A stretch of DNA of 64,000 bases from Ascidiella aspersa. Its lineage: Eukaryota. Each line of letters opens with the position of its first letter. Positions within the stretch are counted from its first letter, which is position 1. The translations under genes and the position numbers were made by a program. The notes under the pieces were generated by a model, which saw only the letters and a list, made by a program, of their open reading frames with translations, did not search any database and was not told where the DNA came from. The stretch lies in contig OZ004614.1 in assembly GCA_963924565.1 (NCBI GenBank), positions 8,804,001 to 8,868,000 on the forward strand, read 5' to 3'. This document shows, one piece after another, positions 27,901 to 42,900 of this stretch.

Positions 27901-30900
27901 AAAATGCTCTAACCCATTGTTCTAACAATATTTCTTACACACTATATTTTAGTGAGAACACAGCACTTGCCTCATTCCCTCTTGAATACATATACCTTCC
28001 CGCGCTAAACATCGAAGCTTTTGCAAATCCTTTTGGAAACCTGTACTTGTGAAAATTGTTGATTGGCCTTGTAAGACTGAACGACATCTTTAGAAAGCTC
28101 TCGAACAGTTCTAAAACAATGCAACTTTTTGTAGTAACACTTAATGAACCAATGCTACCCAATGAAACGATAGCTATGAAATACACAAAATGACTTGATT
28201 CTGTCATGCTTATTTTATTCTTTAAAAAATTACATGATTAAAGTTACAAATGTCAGTAGTCGTTCACCAACAAAGTGGTTCGATTTACGCAGAATAAACT
28301 AATGCATACCTTTAGCGACGCATTTTAAACCACTAAATGGACGACTTTGAGTTTGATAAGTGCTAGAAGTTTGCAGACAAGGGCCGCTGGTGCAACTTCG
28401 GCTTCTTATTTGGATCCCGTACACGCGACAACTGATAGGGCTGGCCGACCAAGATGTCCAACGACTCCAAACTTAATTTGATATAACATTTTACCAACAA
28501 TCAACAGTTATCTCCAACCAGTTTAATATTCCAACTTCAACAAAATGAAACCTAATTATATAAATAAATTGTATACTGCACATAGGTTTATCCATGATAG
28601 GAATAACATATGTCCTCTTTTTCAAAAAAATGCATGGTCTTTGGAGGACACTAAAAAAAAATGTCATCGTTTTGTAATTTGCGTTTTCTTGTTAGTCTTT
28701 TTAACGAAATAAATTTTCTGTGCGATTTTTCGGCATTATTCATTTTTAAATGAATGTTTGCCATTGACAAATTAATGGAAACATCCAATATTTATGTTGT
28801 GAATTTCCTAAATAATCTGCCTTGTTATCTTGTGTTCCTTTGCTGTCAATTTTTTTAAATATATCCAAACATCATCCAAAAAGATGTTATACATTCCATA
28901 TAAAGTAAAATTCCATTTGCAATGTGTGTACAAAATTGGCCTCTTTTAAGGCGATAATTTATGTGGTAGGCCTAGTTTATAATTATAGATGTGCAGAGTA
29001 TGGATCGTTTATTTTTAATTTCAAGATGTAGCGGATAATTGTGCAAAAAATATGATTTTCAATCTACAGAGTTGTAAACAAGTCATTTCAATTTTTCCAA
29101 GTCTCAGTCAGGTCATTCGTGAAATGCCTTAAGATCAAGTCAGGTCTTTCCAAAAAATAATTAGTCAAATCGGAGTCCAAGTCACCAGTTTCCAAAATAA
29201 AGTCCAAGTCAATTCATTATTATTAGAGCAAGTCAACTCAAAGTCAAATCACCGACATAACAATAAAACAAAAAAACATTAAAATTGGTTCGTCCGATTC
29301 TAAGCAATAATTCAACTAAAAAACACAAAAAAAACGGCATGTATCAATCTAAATTAAATGTAGATTGTATTATTTTTTTATTTTAATTTACGCATTAATG
29401 TAGACGCGCGTCTAAAGTGTACCAGTATTATCTAGCAATGCACCGGTATATAAGTAATTACATAAAAGCACGTATATATAGACTGATTGTGAAACATTGT
29501 ACACAAACATATGTATAGCGTAACACGAGCGACTTTACCTGAGTAATCAGCTCCCACAAGGATATGAATCATGGCAGACATCGTCTCATTGATTTCTTTT
29601 ATGGCTATTTTCTCACCAGAAGGCCTGCGAAGTTGATATATCGTTGGTCGAGCAACCATTATTTCTCAACATAATAGCACTTATTTAGAAACAAACGAGT
29701 AACATAAATGCACCTGCTATGAATATATAACTTTGTTTAAATGGTTAATTGGGTGCTTTCAAGAACAGATAAGCAAGGAGTAACAATGCACTTTGTGTGA
29801 GTTTATTAAAATTTGGTTAAAGAGAAAATTAAATTTTGTTTATCTTTAGCTTGTAGATTATATTTCACGACTACCGTTCTGTTCAATCTCATGAAATAGC
29901 TACCCCTGTTTCTGAACAAAAATCTTTTTTTTAAGAAACTGCGTTTTCCTATTGTGCCTGCTGCGGACGTCGTAGCCTACCACTCTTAACACCCTTACCT
30001 TCTGAGCAGAGCAATTTTTGGCTGAAAAATTATTTACAGGGACTGTTGTCAACAAAACGCTTGGAACCGTTAAATTTTAGTCACATTTGGGAAGCATACT
30101 TCGAAAGAAGAGTATATCCGAACACGGCCTTGCCGCCTCCCGATCGGACAAAAGCAAGATTTTCTGTTTTCCTTCCATGTTTACGTTTCCAATGATACGA
30201 AGGGACATCGCGCTCTTTTGGCCAAAGGACGAGACTGCGGTTGGAATTCTGAAGCGGAACATAAAGTGTTCCCAAATGCCTTGCCTGTCAGGTGTTATTG
30301 CTATCCAGAAAATAACCGCAATGTACTCGATTTTACCCTGAAAGGTGCACTTTAAAAAAAAGTTGGTTCGCGACTGGAGGAAACTGAAACAACTTATGAA
30401 AAAGCAAATTGTGACAAAAAAAACTGGAAGAAATCTTATGTCATTTTTAACTATATCGCTTATGTGATTTTAGTAATAAAGTTATTCGGTATGGGATAAG
30501 ATCGCGATACATTTTCTCCAACTTGCCGAGTAGAAAAAAAATAATTAATCAGACATCCCTAGTTGGGCCCAGCTACCACTTACTGGAGTGAGCGGCAGGA
30601 AAAAGTAAACTTCGCAAGCCGTTGGATCCTTTTTGGAGGACAGTTGCGTGCCTCGATACTTGAGAGTGTAGTTTTGAAGGAAAACCGAGCCTTCGAACGT
30701 CTCAAACAAGCCACGGACGTGTGTGTTGAATTCGGAGACCACCTGTAAATTTGACAAAGTCATCCAGACGAAATAGGTAAACGCTAAGACTACGTTGACT
30801 AAATGATGAAATGCCATCGAAAAACGTGTTTTGCACACCTCTATTGAGTACTGTTGAGGACCCGATTTTTCATTTAGAAGAAAGACTGCTGTAAACGGAT

Positions 30901-33900
30901 GTACAGCAAAGGTTGCAAATGTATACGATGGACCTCTGTAAAAAAGATTTAAGAAATTTCGATATCAATTTTTATTACAAAACTAAGGTATTTATCAGGG
31001 TTTCTTAAACATTTGTGCTGCGGACCCCTAAAATTTAGTTTTGCTTCGTTGGGCGAAACTTTTTTCAAAAATGACGTCACAATACAATAGAGTTCATAGA
31101 TAGTCCAAAAATGTAAAAGTAAAATAGAGTCTAAATGCAGTCAGGCCTAAAACGTTTTATTTTTAATTCGACACTGTTTATTTGAAACTTTAAATATTTC
31201 TTAATAATTCACTATATTTCAATTAAGCCCTTATGGGTCCACTAAAACTAGTTCGCGGACCCCCAAGGGGTTCATGGACCACAGTTAAGGAACCCCTGGT
31301 ATAGATTAACGAAAACCGGCGGTAGTCAAAAGCTAACAAAACCTTTAAAATTTACCGCTGAAGACAAAATCATCCAAATAAAGGACAACGCCACTTTTCT
31401 AAACAAACTCCAAATTAATTGTAGTTAACTCATAATAAATACACAATAGACTTTTCCTTCCGGAGCGATTGTTTTTTCGTCGGGACTATTTAATTTGTAT
31501 CGTTATTTGCCAACATTTTACTGACCTGTAAGTTTTGTTGTACACAACAAGTTGTCGAGGCTCGTCACCAATTTTGAAATACAGCTGAAATGCAGAGGAG
31601 TAACGTCTCAAGCAATTGTAAGCAAAACATCTATTTAAATTGCGTTGACTTTATTGATTTCGTTTTATGACTAACTTGACTTGAACTAAGGTTTGATACG
31701 ATAAATTACCATTAGCCTGTGTTGGTGGTGACAATTTATAACACAAAATGTAAGGCACTTGTTAAAATCCTGACAATTCATTATATTTCGCATTGTATAT
31801 CATTTATATAATAATGTATATCTACATATTTTTTAATTTAGTTGAAAATGAATAAATATATTGGTGCAGCATTTCGACGGCAGTTAAGTTTACATGATCT
31901 AAAACAGTGCTTCTTAAACTTTTTTAGCTTCGTTCACCCCTAGCATTTATCTCCAGATTTTATTCACCATTGTCTCATGATATAATAAAACTATCTCGTC
32001 TATATATAACAGAACACCCCTAATGTCCGCCCTGCTCGCGAGCTATATTCAATTTCTGACAGTTCACCCTTACTCACCCATTTGGTTGGTTCATCCCTGC
32101 AAAAATTTTATTCACCCTGGGGTGATCGATTCACCCGATTAAGAAAAACTGATCTAAAATATGTTGGTAAACCAAAAACGGGCTTTTATGTCAGGCTCTT
32201 CGCATTATTTCGTGGTTGTATTCGGCTCACCTGATTTCCTGTTTTGAATACATTTTCCACCTTTGAATATCTTCCACCTTTTTTCATTAGGGTTTCCTCA
32301 GAATGGGTGGGCAACGGGAAGGGGTAATAATTTGCCACGCCCCTTGTGAGATTACACGAGTTGGATCGAACCCGCTCTAGGATTTCTTTTATAAAGTAAA
32401 ACATGCAATTTACAAGACACAGAATACTTCTTTTAAAAATTTAGCGCCCAACAAAAAAAGCAGGGCATTTTTATCTATATAAATTTGTTTTAGGTGCATG
32501 GACAAAAAGCAAAAATAAACACGATTTTCTCTTTTTGTTATCGTAGTGGAAAAGGTTTTCCATTCCATTAAACCATGTTGGACAATATGACCTATAGTCT
32601 AATTTAATCTAAATCAAATAATATAAAGACTGGGAATTTGAAATAAATTCATGTGAGTGAAGTAATTAGTGAGACAGTTTGTCGAAAACGCCAAATTAAA
32701 TGTGAATGAACGTGTCGTGTACGTTTTGGAAATTTTTGGTAAAATCTACAGAAATGTTTTAAGCTTTCTGTACACTTAGTTATTTTGCTTCTCTAACTAG
32801 ATTTAAATATGCCGTACAATTTATTAGAAAATGATTTTCAATCACATCGTTAAATGTAAAAGTGGAATGTTGAACTGAAAGATGTTAAAATACAAAACCT
32901 TAATTTACCTGCTTTATCACCTCCCAAAATGATATGCATCATTGTTCGCATTGCGGTCTTAATTTCATCTTCTGAGCATTTTATTCCGACGGGTCTGCAA
33001 AGTTCGTTTATGTAAATCAACAAAAGTTGCTTCAGGAGGCAAGAGTTATAACTGTAGGCCTACTATCTAAAACATTATTAGCAGGATATTTATTTGTTTG
33101 CATTATGGATCCCAATATAAAAAGTATGTATAACACTGTTGATCAAAATAAGGATAGCTTCACACATGTTCACATTTGGCAAACAAGAAGATGTATAATC
33201 ACATATTTAATGAGCAAATCAGTTCGTCAAGCGTAATGCGGACAAATCTTACTTTGATAAGAGAGTGTATCCAAGCACTGAAGCCCCATCGCCAGACCAA
33301 ACCGACGCATTAACTGCTTCACTCCGTCGTGTTGGAAAAGTGTACGACAAATTGAATTCGCGATTAGACTTCTGGAAGGTAGAAAACAATCGCTGATCTT
33401 TCATTAACGTACTTCCATGGCTGGGACATATGACACTCGTGAGCATCATTTGTTAATATTACATAGAAACCTTCACGTAGGGGAAGTGCTGGATCCATGG
33501 AACATAAGGACCAATGGAACAATGGCATATTGCGCCCCCTGTTGGCAGAACTAAATAAAATTTAGGTTGTGGGAATAAGATTTTGTGTTCAGAACTTTTT
33601 CCAAAAAGGCTATAGCATGGTTTTGGAAATGGATGATTTATTTCATTTTTCACTTTTCTAGGTGAAAAATATAGTTTGTAGCTTGACATTCGTAAGGTGT
33701 TTTGATAGTCTTTAGGTAATTGTAAATCAGTGAATATTTTTTGTGGAGATGAGGGTTTATCTAGGTACATACGAGGGTTTATCTAGGTTGAAAGTTTATT
33801 TGATTAATTTGGTTCAGAATACTGGCTAGTCATGAGTATTTTTTTAATGGCGATTAGAGGACCCTTGGAACAGTCTGTTCCATTGGTCTCTTGAACATTT

Positions 33901-36900
33901 TGTGATCATATTTTTAGATTTTAAGGATATTAGTATGCCAACTTTTAAGACAAGATCATCTAATAAGGGGTTGTTCACTGAGGACCAGGGGTGCGGAGTC
34001 GGACTCGGGCCTCGAAGGAGTCGGACTCGAGACTCGAGTAAGACCAGACCACGTAAAATAACAGAGTACCGAGTCCGACGTGCGCATGCGCAGTACTAAA
34101 AACTAATATTACCGTCAACTGCAGTTTTTTTAACAAGCGGAATAGAATATGGTGGATATTTTCGAACCAGTTATTGTGAGTGGATGAATTATACGATATC
34201 ACTATGAGTGGATTGCTGAGTATTTAGTTACGTAAATTGGCGGAATATAGGCTGTAAAGTCAGAGTCGGACTCAGGACTCGACGAAATCGCACATTTGAC
34301 TATTATTATATTTCTAGATATGTTCTCCTAAAAAATAAAAACAATTGATATAATAAACCTGGGTGGCAAATTATACCAGAAATAAAAAAAAATATCATTT
34401 CAGCATTTTGTGCTTGTTTCCCTGTGTTTTTATTTAATTTCTCCAAATAGATTTTCTTGTGCCACTATTAATACACCATTAACTGAGTATAGTTATATGC
34501 ACTTCAGGAATACTCTACGCAGTGTTTTAGATGCAGTCATGCTCTGTTCCATAGGTCCTGTGGGGTATTCCATAGGTCCTGTGGGGTGGGACCGATGGAA
34601 CAAAAAGTTGTTTTTTTATATATAAAAAAAAACTTAGAAGGATATGTCAGATTTAAATTATTTTTTCCATGTAGGATTGTAGGTATCCATAGCTGTAAGC
34701 TTTCCAAAGGAAATAACAGCGAGTGTTTTTGAGTTGTAATTCGAAAGATATTACGGAAAAAACAAATCTGTTCCATGGGTCCCGCACCTCCCCTAATGGA
34801 TCAGGATCAGTGGAATGGACAAGTCATGTTTATTATGGTCTTCAATTTGAATTTTTATATTTACTTTAGAAAAGCTGATATCTCTCCAATAATTGATGAT
34901 TTGTATCCACTATTTTTTATTTAGATTTTATAAGAGAAACTTGTATTTGGAAATCATTATTTTCACAGTTATTAACAATAAATATGCGTTAGTTATTACT
35001 ACTACTTTGTATTTTTACCCAGTAATATTTTATTTGACAAGGTCACTTCTCGCTAGCTTTCTATTTATGTGCTTCTCAAAAGAGTTTCTGTAGAACCATT
35101 ATGATTTTTGTTGTAAAAGACTAAAATGTGGTCAAGAAAACTGAAACACTTTAGGAAGTAAGGAATCTGCCGCAGACAATAAAATGTAATTAAAAGATTC
35201 AGATGATCTAAGACTGTTGATAAAAACAGAAAATTTTTTTTACAGAATTATAGTTTTCGCCTATAAGGCATCGTCAGTTCGTCGGCGAAATATATATTTC
35301 TGTAAAATTTTAAGAATTTATTTTATGTTTTATCTGTCTTATAAACAGTCTTAGATGGTCAAGAAAGAAAATAAATTCACATTATTTTTTTAAACTTCTT
35401 TACAAAAGGTAAAGTTTACTGCGCATTTTTATTTTGAACATCACATTAACCCTGTATGATATTTTTGAATTGATTGAATAGCCTAATTAATGAAAACATG
35501 TCAAGTTTATTTTGCATGTTTAGGGCAATTTTTAAAATGGAGAAAAAAAACGAAAATTAACAAGGCTCACAAAACATTTATTCCAGACTTCTTACCGTAG
35601 TCAGCGGTAAGAAAAATAGGATTTTACAAGCCGTTGAAATCCTGGTGGAAAATGTCTGCGCACCTCCATATTTCATCGTATAGTTAAGCCAAGTAACAGA
35701 TCCATGGAAATCTTCAACATTGCTACTTCCAGCGAAATCTGAATATACCTTTTAAGAATGTAGCATTTTCAGTAATCTGTTAAAAATTTTAACAAATAAA
35801 ATATAAAATCGTATGCTCACCGAAATTACGTAACGTTCAAGGCTAGAATTGCTTTTAAGCAGAAACATTGCTCTAAAAGGATGTGTTGCGAATGTTGTAA
35901 AGGTATACGACGGCCCACTTAAAAGACATAACATTAGAAATTGTTCAATGATGCATTCTATTTAAGTTGATCGCCTGATTGGCCAAAAACACATGCAGTG
36001 TATGTAACTGCTTTACGTTTACTAACTTACGTGTATTTCCTGTTGTAAATAGCAGTTTTAAATGGCGCTTCTCCCACTTTGAATGACACCTGGAACGAAA
36101 GTATTTTAGTACACAAAAGCTGTCATTGACTGGCTTTGAACATGTGACTGTTGCACGTAGATAGAAGATTTCGTGATTTTTAGGCAGACTCACCGCATGC
36201 AGGCTAATATAAACTAACCTGAATTATGATCTGACTGAGATTCTCAGCTGGTAGGTTAAATGCGATAGGAGGGTTAGAAAGCATAAAAACTAATTTAAAT
36301 ATCCGAGACGATCCTTCAACAGGTGAAATTATAGGATTTTATCATTTGTTAATGCGGCTTATGGTGGCTTTACATTGCCAGTTATAAAGATGCGGATCAT
36401 GCCGAAGGTGCACACCGAAGCTTATTCCACGTTAATAATTATTACGAATTGACTATAAGCTATTTTCAGTTTAGGTTACATTTTGTTGTCAAGCTGCATT
36501 GCATACTTTTGCTATTTTCTTACAAGTTTAAACATAGTATATAGGCCTACGTTAATTTGATGTAGAGTAACATAACATAATAAAATAATGTCTTTAACAA
36601 AAAAGTGATTCGATAGATCGGAGAAAACGTGTGTTGCGACAAATAAGCAAATTTCTTATTTTTATTTCCAATATGTATGTACGCTCTCGGAATGCACCGG
36701 TGAATTGTGTCACTTATATGCACTTTAAATTGCAAGATGTCTGCCGTTTAATGTTAACTGGCATTTCTTTAGGTAAAAAAGGGACAAACCAGCACTTGTA
36801 AGTCGTTTAATCAAACTCACATAGTTTCGTCTGTTGTGTTTCTCCACTAAATGGTCGATAAAATGAGACACCTCCTTGGGAATTGGCAGCAAGTAGCGGT

Positions 36901-39900
36901 GAAAGTTTTCGACGAGCCATGTAAGAATGCCACGTTCTGATAGAAAGCGCTCGAATATTTCTGTAGAAAGGCAATTTCCATAATATTGATTGGTAGACAG
37001 CAAGCTGAATATGGAAAAGTTAGAATAGTGGCAAAAAGCAGCAAACGTTCGTGTTGTTTACTTGTCATCTAATAAAATTAAAAGGATCAATACGGTCTGT
37101 GTAAAAGTCAATTTCAGTCACATGTGTGTTGTTAGAGTATAAGACCCCAACGAAATCTACATAAAACTAATCACACTTTTTTCACCCAGAGCGTATTTAA
37201 ATGGGACATCGAAACTTAACATATTATTAAAAATTTCAAAAAATACAAAGTTCGAAAAAAGTACTTGACACCAATAAAGTTGATCAAACAGTTTGAAAGC
37301 CAATTTACTTTCTATAACCAATTAAAAAACCCAAAGCGTCAACATTTTACGTTATTCATACCTGCGGCCCAAACCGGGATGCTGCACGGCCGTGTCTCCC
37401 TTTCAACTCTGCTGTTGTTTTGCGGACAGGGGCCAATAATGCAATTCCGGAGTCTTATTTGTGTTTGTTGCCCAGGGCAGTTGTCGGGACAAGATGACCA
37501 CTGGGACCAGTGGCTCCAAACTTAAGACAAATCATCGTACCTTATATGGGACTTCGTGTTGCAATTAAGCGCAGCCTAATACATGGCGTACGTATTTTAG
37601 TTTGGCCGCAAATACTATTTCATATTGTGGAAAACATTCAAGATCTTGATTTTCCTAATAATCCAACAAAACTCAATAAAATACAAAAGTTAAAAACAGA
37701 AACTATGTTGCAATAAAACACTCCAATTAGATTCGCGTATTCAAACATATTGCAATTTTTGTTACATTTGTTTAAATCTCAGTGGCAAGAAAAACAAACC
37801 ATAATCCAATAACCACGTATGACTAACTTGTAATCTTTTGACATCTTTAATCAGTTATGAAAAATTGAAAAAAAAATGTTTTTACAAATTTAATAAAGGG
37901 TCAGTTTAATGTTTTGTAACGTTATTCCTTTTTTATCGCAATCCCTTTCGCCCACTTGGACTTGATATTATGGCAGCTCATACCTTGCTGGTCAATTCCC
38001 AAAATAAGGTGCATCATAGACATCATCGTATCTCTGATTTCGTCCATTGTAATTTCAATTCCGTCGTATCTGCAAAGTCGAGATAAGCGCCAAAAATGTA
38101 TTCGTGCGGCATGGAAAGTATTTAGCCAGCAAAAATTTTAAATTAAACACAGAATATACTTGAATATTTACGATCTAACAAGTTTGTACACAACACCTAG
38201 TAGTATGTATAAATTCTACGAATTCTTCAAAAAAAGAGCGGGAAAACAGGTAGATTGTTGTTTCAAATATATTTGCAGAAAGGTTTTTTAAAACAACTAT
38301 TTTTCTTCTAAATAAAAGCATAATGTAAATGCCCGATTGTTTGACATAGATCTAAGCAAACTGAATAACAAAGCACTCGTTTTGAAACATATTCTCACTT
38401 CGATAAAAGTGTGTATCCCAAAACAGCTGGGCCACCTCCTGACTGGACCGACGCCTTATTTTCCGAATATCTTCTCTCATGATCCTTTGCTAGAAAGACG
38501 AGTTTGTCGTTAGATGCCTGAAATAATACAAAGTGTTAATACGGACTTGTTGTATTTACAGTAATCTGCATTTCTCGTAACTTGGAATATTGCCCATTAT
38601 TCTTGAAATGCTCAACATATGCGTTCTTATCGAACTTTCGACGGTTGTAGTCTTGACCAAAACGTAAGAAACGATTTCGCTCATTCAATTATCGATGTTC
38701 TTCATGAGTTCACTTCAATTTCAATTATTGTTCTTTTATAGTAATAAGGCAATTTAGTAAATACTTCTGAAACTTCAATGAAAGGAACACACAGGTGGAC
38801 AAACACTGTGATCTAGCCTATCTTAAGTCATTTTTGATAAACCATAACGGCTTACGCATCATAGCATCATAGTACAAGCTTCGACAGGTCAACAAAATCT
38901 GTCGATAAAAATGCAAGCAAGACAGGCTAGAAATACAACTAGCCTGCAGTGGACTCACGACCGGTTAATCTTTCAAAGGTTTACGGTTCACTTATGAAAC
39001 TTGTTTTGTTTTAACCCATCTCAGCTCAGGTTATAGTGTTGTATTTCATATGTACTTGACCCGCTGAGTCGAAATTATGTATTTTTGACAGCTCAAAGCT
39101 TCAAATCTTTAACTGGTCTAAGGTTCTGTACTTTGTCTGTTGTTGGTGGGTAGCATTGGATAACATTTAGCCTTTCAGAAAAAGTTTTTTACTCGTTTTC
39201 TATACTTACTTACCGACGTTAGTGGCAGAAGGTAGTAAATTTCGCAAAATGTTGTCGCACGTTTGCGGTAATGCTGCGCTGCATTAAACTGAAGCGTATA
39301 GTTTCGAAGGGACACTGACCCCTGATACGTTCGAAATCTGCCGGTTCCAGGTCTATCAAGTCCGGACTTCACCTGCCGAGACAAAAATTGTATGCAAATT
39401 GTGTCTACGTTTAATATGTCCGATAATATCGGATAGGAGACGATACCCGATTTCATATTGTGATAGCATTGCTACTCGTCCGATCCTAGGATGGCATCAC
39501 TGCCGATCCAATACCAACCTAATATAGGCATTTCAGCAACTATTGCGATGTAACCTACCGGTTGTCACCTTAAAATGTAAATTTATTGACAAATTGTTGT
39601 TATACAACGGGCGGTAACTTAATTTCTTAATGCTGCATCAAATTTAAGTATCAGATATTGCTATCTACAATATAAGCAATAATTCTAAACAAACTTCTAA
39701 CGACTTACAGTCCCAAAGAAAGCTTTTACAGACCTCGATTGAATAGGTTTTCTTGTCGGAATTGCCATCCAAGACAAACATTGCCGTAAAAGGATGGATT
39801 GCAAAGGTTTCGAGAAAATACGACTGTCCGCTGCAAACAGTAGTAAACGTATTAGCATATAAAGCAAGCCTAAAAAAGCTATAGTAGCTTAAGTCAGGGC

Positions 39901-42900
39901 TGCGGAGTCGAAGTCGGACTCGGGACTCGAGTAAAACTACGTAAAACTACCCGAGTCTGACGTGCGCATGCACAGTGCCAATTTTTTTAACTGATATAGC
40001 CGCCAGGTGGAAATTCTAAAGGTCTAATACAATGTGGTGAATATATTCCAACCATATATTGTGAGTGAATGAATTATACGACACCCCTATAAGTGCATTG
40101 CTGAATATCCACCTTATTTAGTTACGTAAATTGTCGGAAAACCGGCTGTAGAGTCAGTGTCGGACTCGGGACTCGACAAAATCGCACAGTTGACAGGAGT
40201 CGGACTCGGGTTAGTTTTAACCGACTCCGCAGCCCTGGCGTAAGTATTGTTATGATTTCAGTTAAATTTTTAGATCTTTATACCATTAGTGATGTTAAAC
40301 ACTATTTAAGGCTCTTGGTTCAATTTATGTTGTTTCCCTGTACTTACGAGTAACTGGAGTCGTACGTAGCACGCCGCAGAGGCTCTTGTCCCACTTTAAA
40401 ATACACCTGAAATATTATTCATCACAAAGAGTTCGTGAAATGAGGTTATTTCCTTTGAACTATATAGTAACAAAATTACCAGATTTGGGCACTCTGGGAG
40501 CGTATACCATTCTGGGTTGGGGTTTATAAACTGGGGTAGGTAAACTAGTTTTGGTGGTCCAGGCTTATCAACAACTTAGTATATTATTTATCAAATAGGA
40601 CGTAATAAAAAAAGTCCTAAGCTGAATTTCCTTGATGTATAGTTAAACTTCATTGGAGTTCCATTTTTGTTGGACTAAAAACAGCAGGTTTCTTCTAAAG
40701 CATATATGTTTTATGACATCAATATATAACGCTACCTAAATATTTCTTTGCTCAACGAAAATTCCATGATACTATTCAATTTGGTATTTTCGTGTACGCG
40801 AACACAGTGCGATTATGTTTACACACAGAATGCTTCTAGGAATTTATGACTATGCAAATCACTACAAATGCACCGCCCAATTAATAGTAGTCTTTCTAAA
40901 CATCGTACAGTTTAAATTAAGATTTGGGCCTAATACTTAACGTACAATTTTATGGCCTTATACATTACGTACAAAATATTTCTTATGTACAATTTTTAAG
41001 TAATAAGCAATTATATCGGACACACACAACTTATAAAATCGTGAAGCAACTTGGAAAACATTGTACTTTTATCCCGTTGATTTGGCAATACTCACGTAAT
41101 CTCTCTCTATACCATAATGAGGTAAATTAACATTCGACGATGCTTTGTTATAAAAATAGGCGTAAAACCTCTTGACGTTTCTCGAGATATCGGGGGAGTT
41201 GGCTCGAACACGCTTGAAGATTCCTACAACGAGATAAATACAAAAAACAGCGCATTTAATCTGAATGTTCGCTTTTACTGGTATACAAAAAACATTAGGT
41301 TGTTGATACGTATATATTCCCCCAAATTTAATCAAACATTTGATCGTGTGTTTTAGATGAGTATTTTAACTTTACATTTTACTTACGTAATACCAGTAAG
41401 TCAAGCTTTATAATCGAACAACAGGAATCTACTCTCAAAGGTTTCGGATACCATAACAATAAACATATATAAATCCTAATCAAGAAACTAACTTCGTACA
41501 TGAACCGCAAAGGTTATTGCGTAAAGTCGTACCTATAGTGTTAAGTGCACTTAAATCAATGTTTCAAATTACTTGATTGAACTAATAGTCGCAACTTGCT
41601 ATTTGTTTTGTTCTTGTTGTTTGCTATGCAAACTACAGAATTGGTCTTGTTCAACGATGTTGTAGATAAAAAATAATTTAGAATGTGACGTGACATGGAT
41701 CTCACTTTAGGCCAATGACTTGTATCGGAATCTGACGTAACAAAAATGATTTTTCGAAAATGAGTCGACTTGGAATTTAATCTTGACAAAAAATTTCCAA
41801 CACTCTTACCTTGTACCCAGGCCGGTGCGCTACATGGTCGTTTTTGCACTTCAACTATGTTGGACGTTTTCAAGCAATGTCCGCTGGTGCAGTTTCGGGT
41901 TCTTGACTGAGTTCCCTTTTGTCGACAACTTGAGCCATCAGCTGACCAGGTGGTCCAAGTACTGGCGACTAATGCAAAATATAAAGCTCTAAATGATCCA
42001 ATATAGGTTGCCTTTAAAACCGTGTTTTGGTGTTTCAAATTTGTAATAGGGCACTTTATAACAACGCATGTCAGAATAAGATGTAGTGTGGAAATTATAT
42101 TTTTTCAACAAGTGTAACAACTGGTTAGGAAAAAAACTAAAAAAAAACTTTTGTTTTGTTTATCTTTTTTTTAAGCCGAAACTCGATTTTTTTTAAAGCT
42201 GTAACTGGAACTATTAAATACAACAGAGGCGTCCATGGGCTTACCTGATTGGTCAACTCCCAAAATAAGGTGAAGCATTGTCAGCATGCTTGCCTTGATT
42301 TCCTCTTTCCAAATTTGTTCACCTTTTTGTCTGTAATGTCATGAATATATTCGGCAAATAATACGAGACTATTGATTTTCTATTTGGTTAAACTGGAAGA
42401 GGGATAACTTATCCCGCTAAGCCAAATATGTTGCTTATTTTGCGTTATACAAAGTTATTCAAGTTATAACAATGCTGGTGTATAGATGTGTTTAGTATCA
42501 AATGAAGTGAACGGAGAATCCATAACTTTATAAAGATCGGAGCCTGACCGGTTTGCTAACATTAAGTAAACATTTGGCCATACAGTTTAACGCAGAATAA
42601 AGAGGTTGTTTTAAACAAGATTAGTCATTCGTTAAGTTGATGAAGAGTAGTATAGGAAACTGTTTTTTTTTCTCACTTTGATAAAAGTGTGTATCCGAAG
42701 ACGGCTTCGCCTTTTCCGGACTCGACCGACGCCTTGTTTTTAAAACTCCATCTCCCACGATCTGGTATTAGCACTGACAACTTGCGGTTTGAATTCTACA
42801 AAGAAAAGTTGCTTGTTAACATCAGGAAACACTGACTCACGAGAGTAAATTGAATTTGACCAAACGTGCTCAAATTATATATTTAGTAAATTTATTAACT

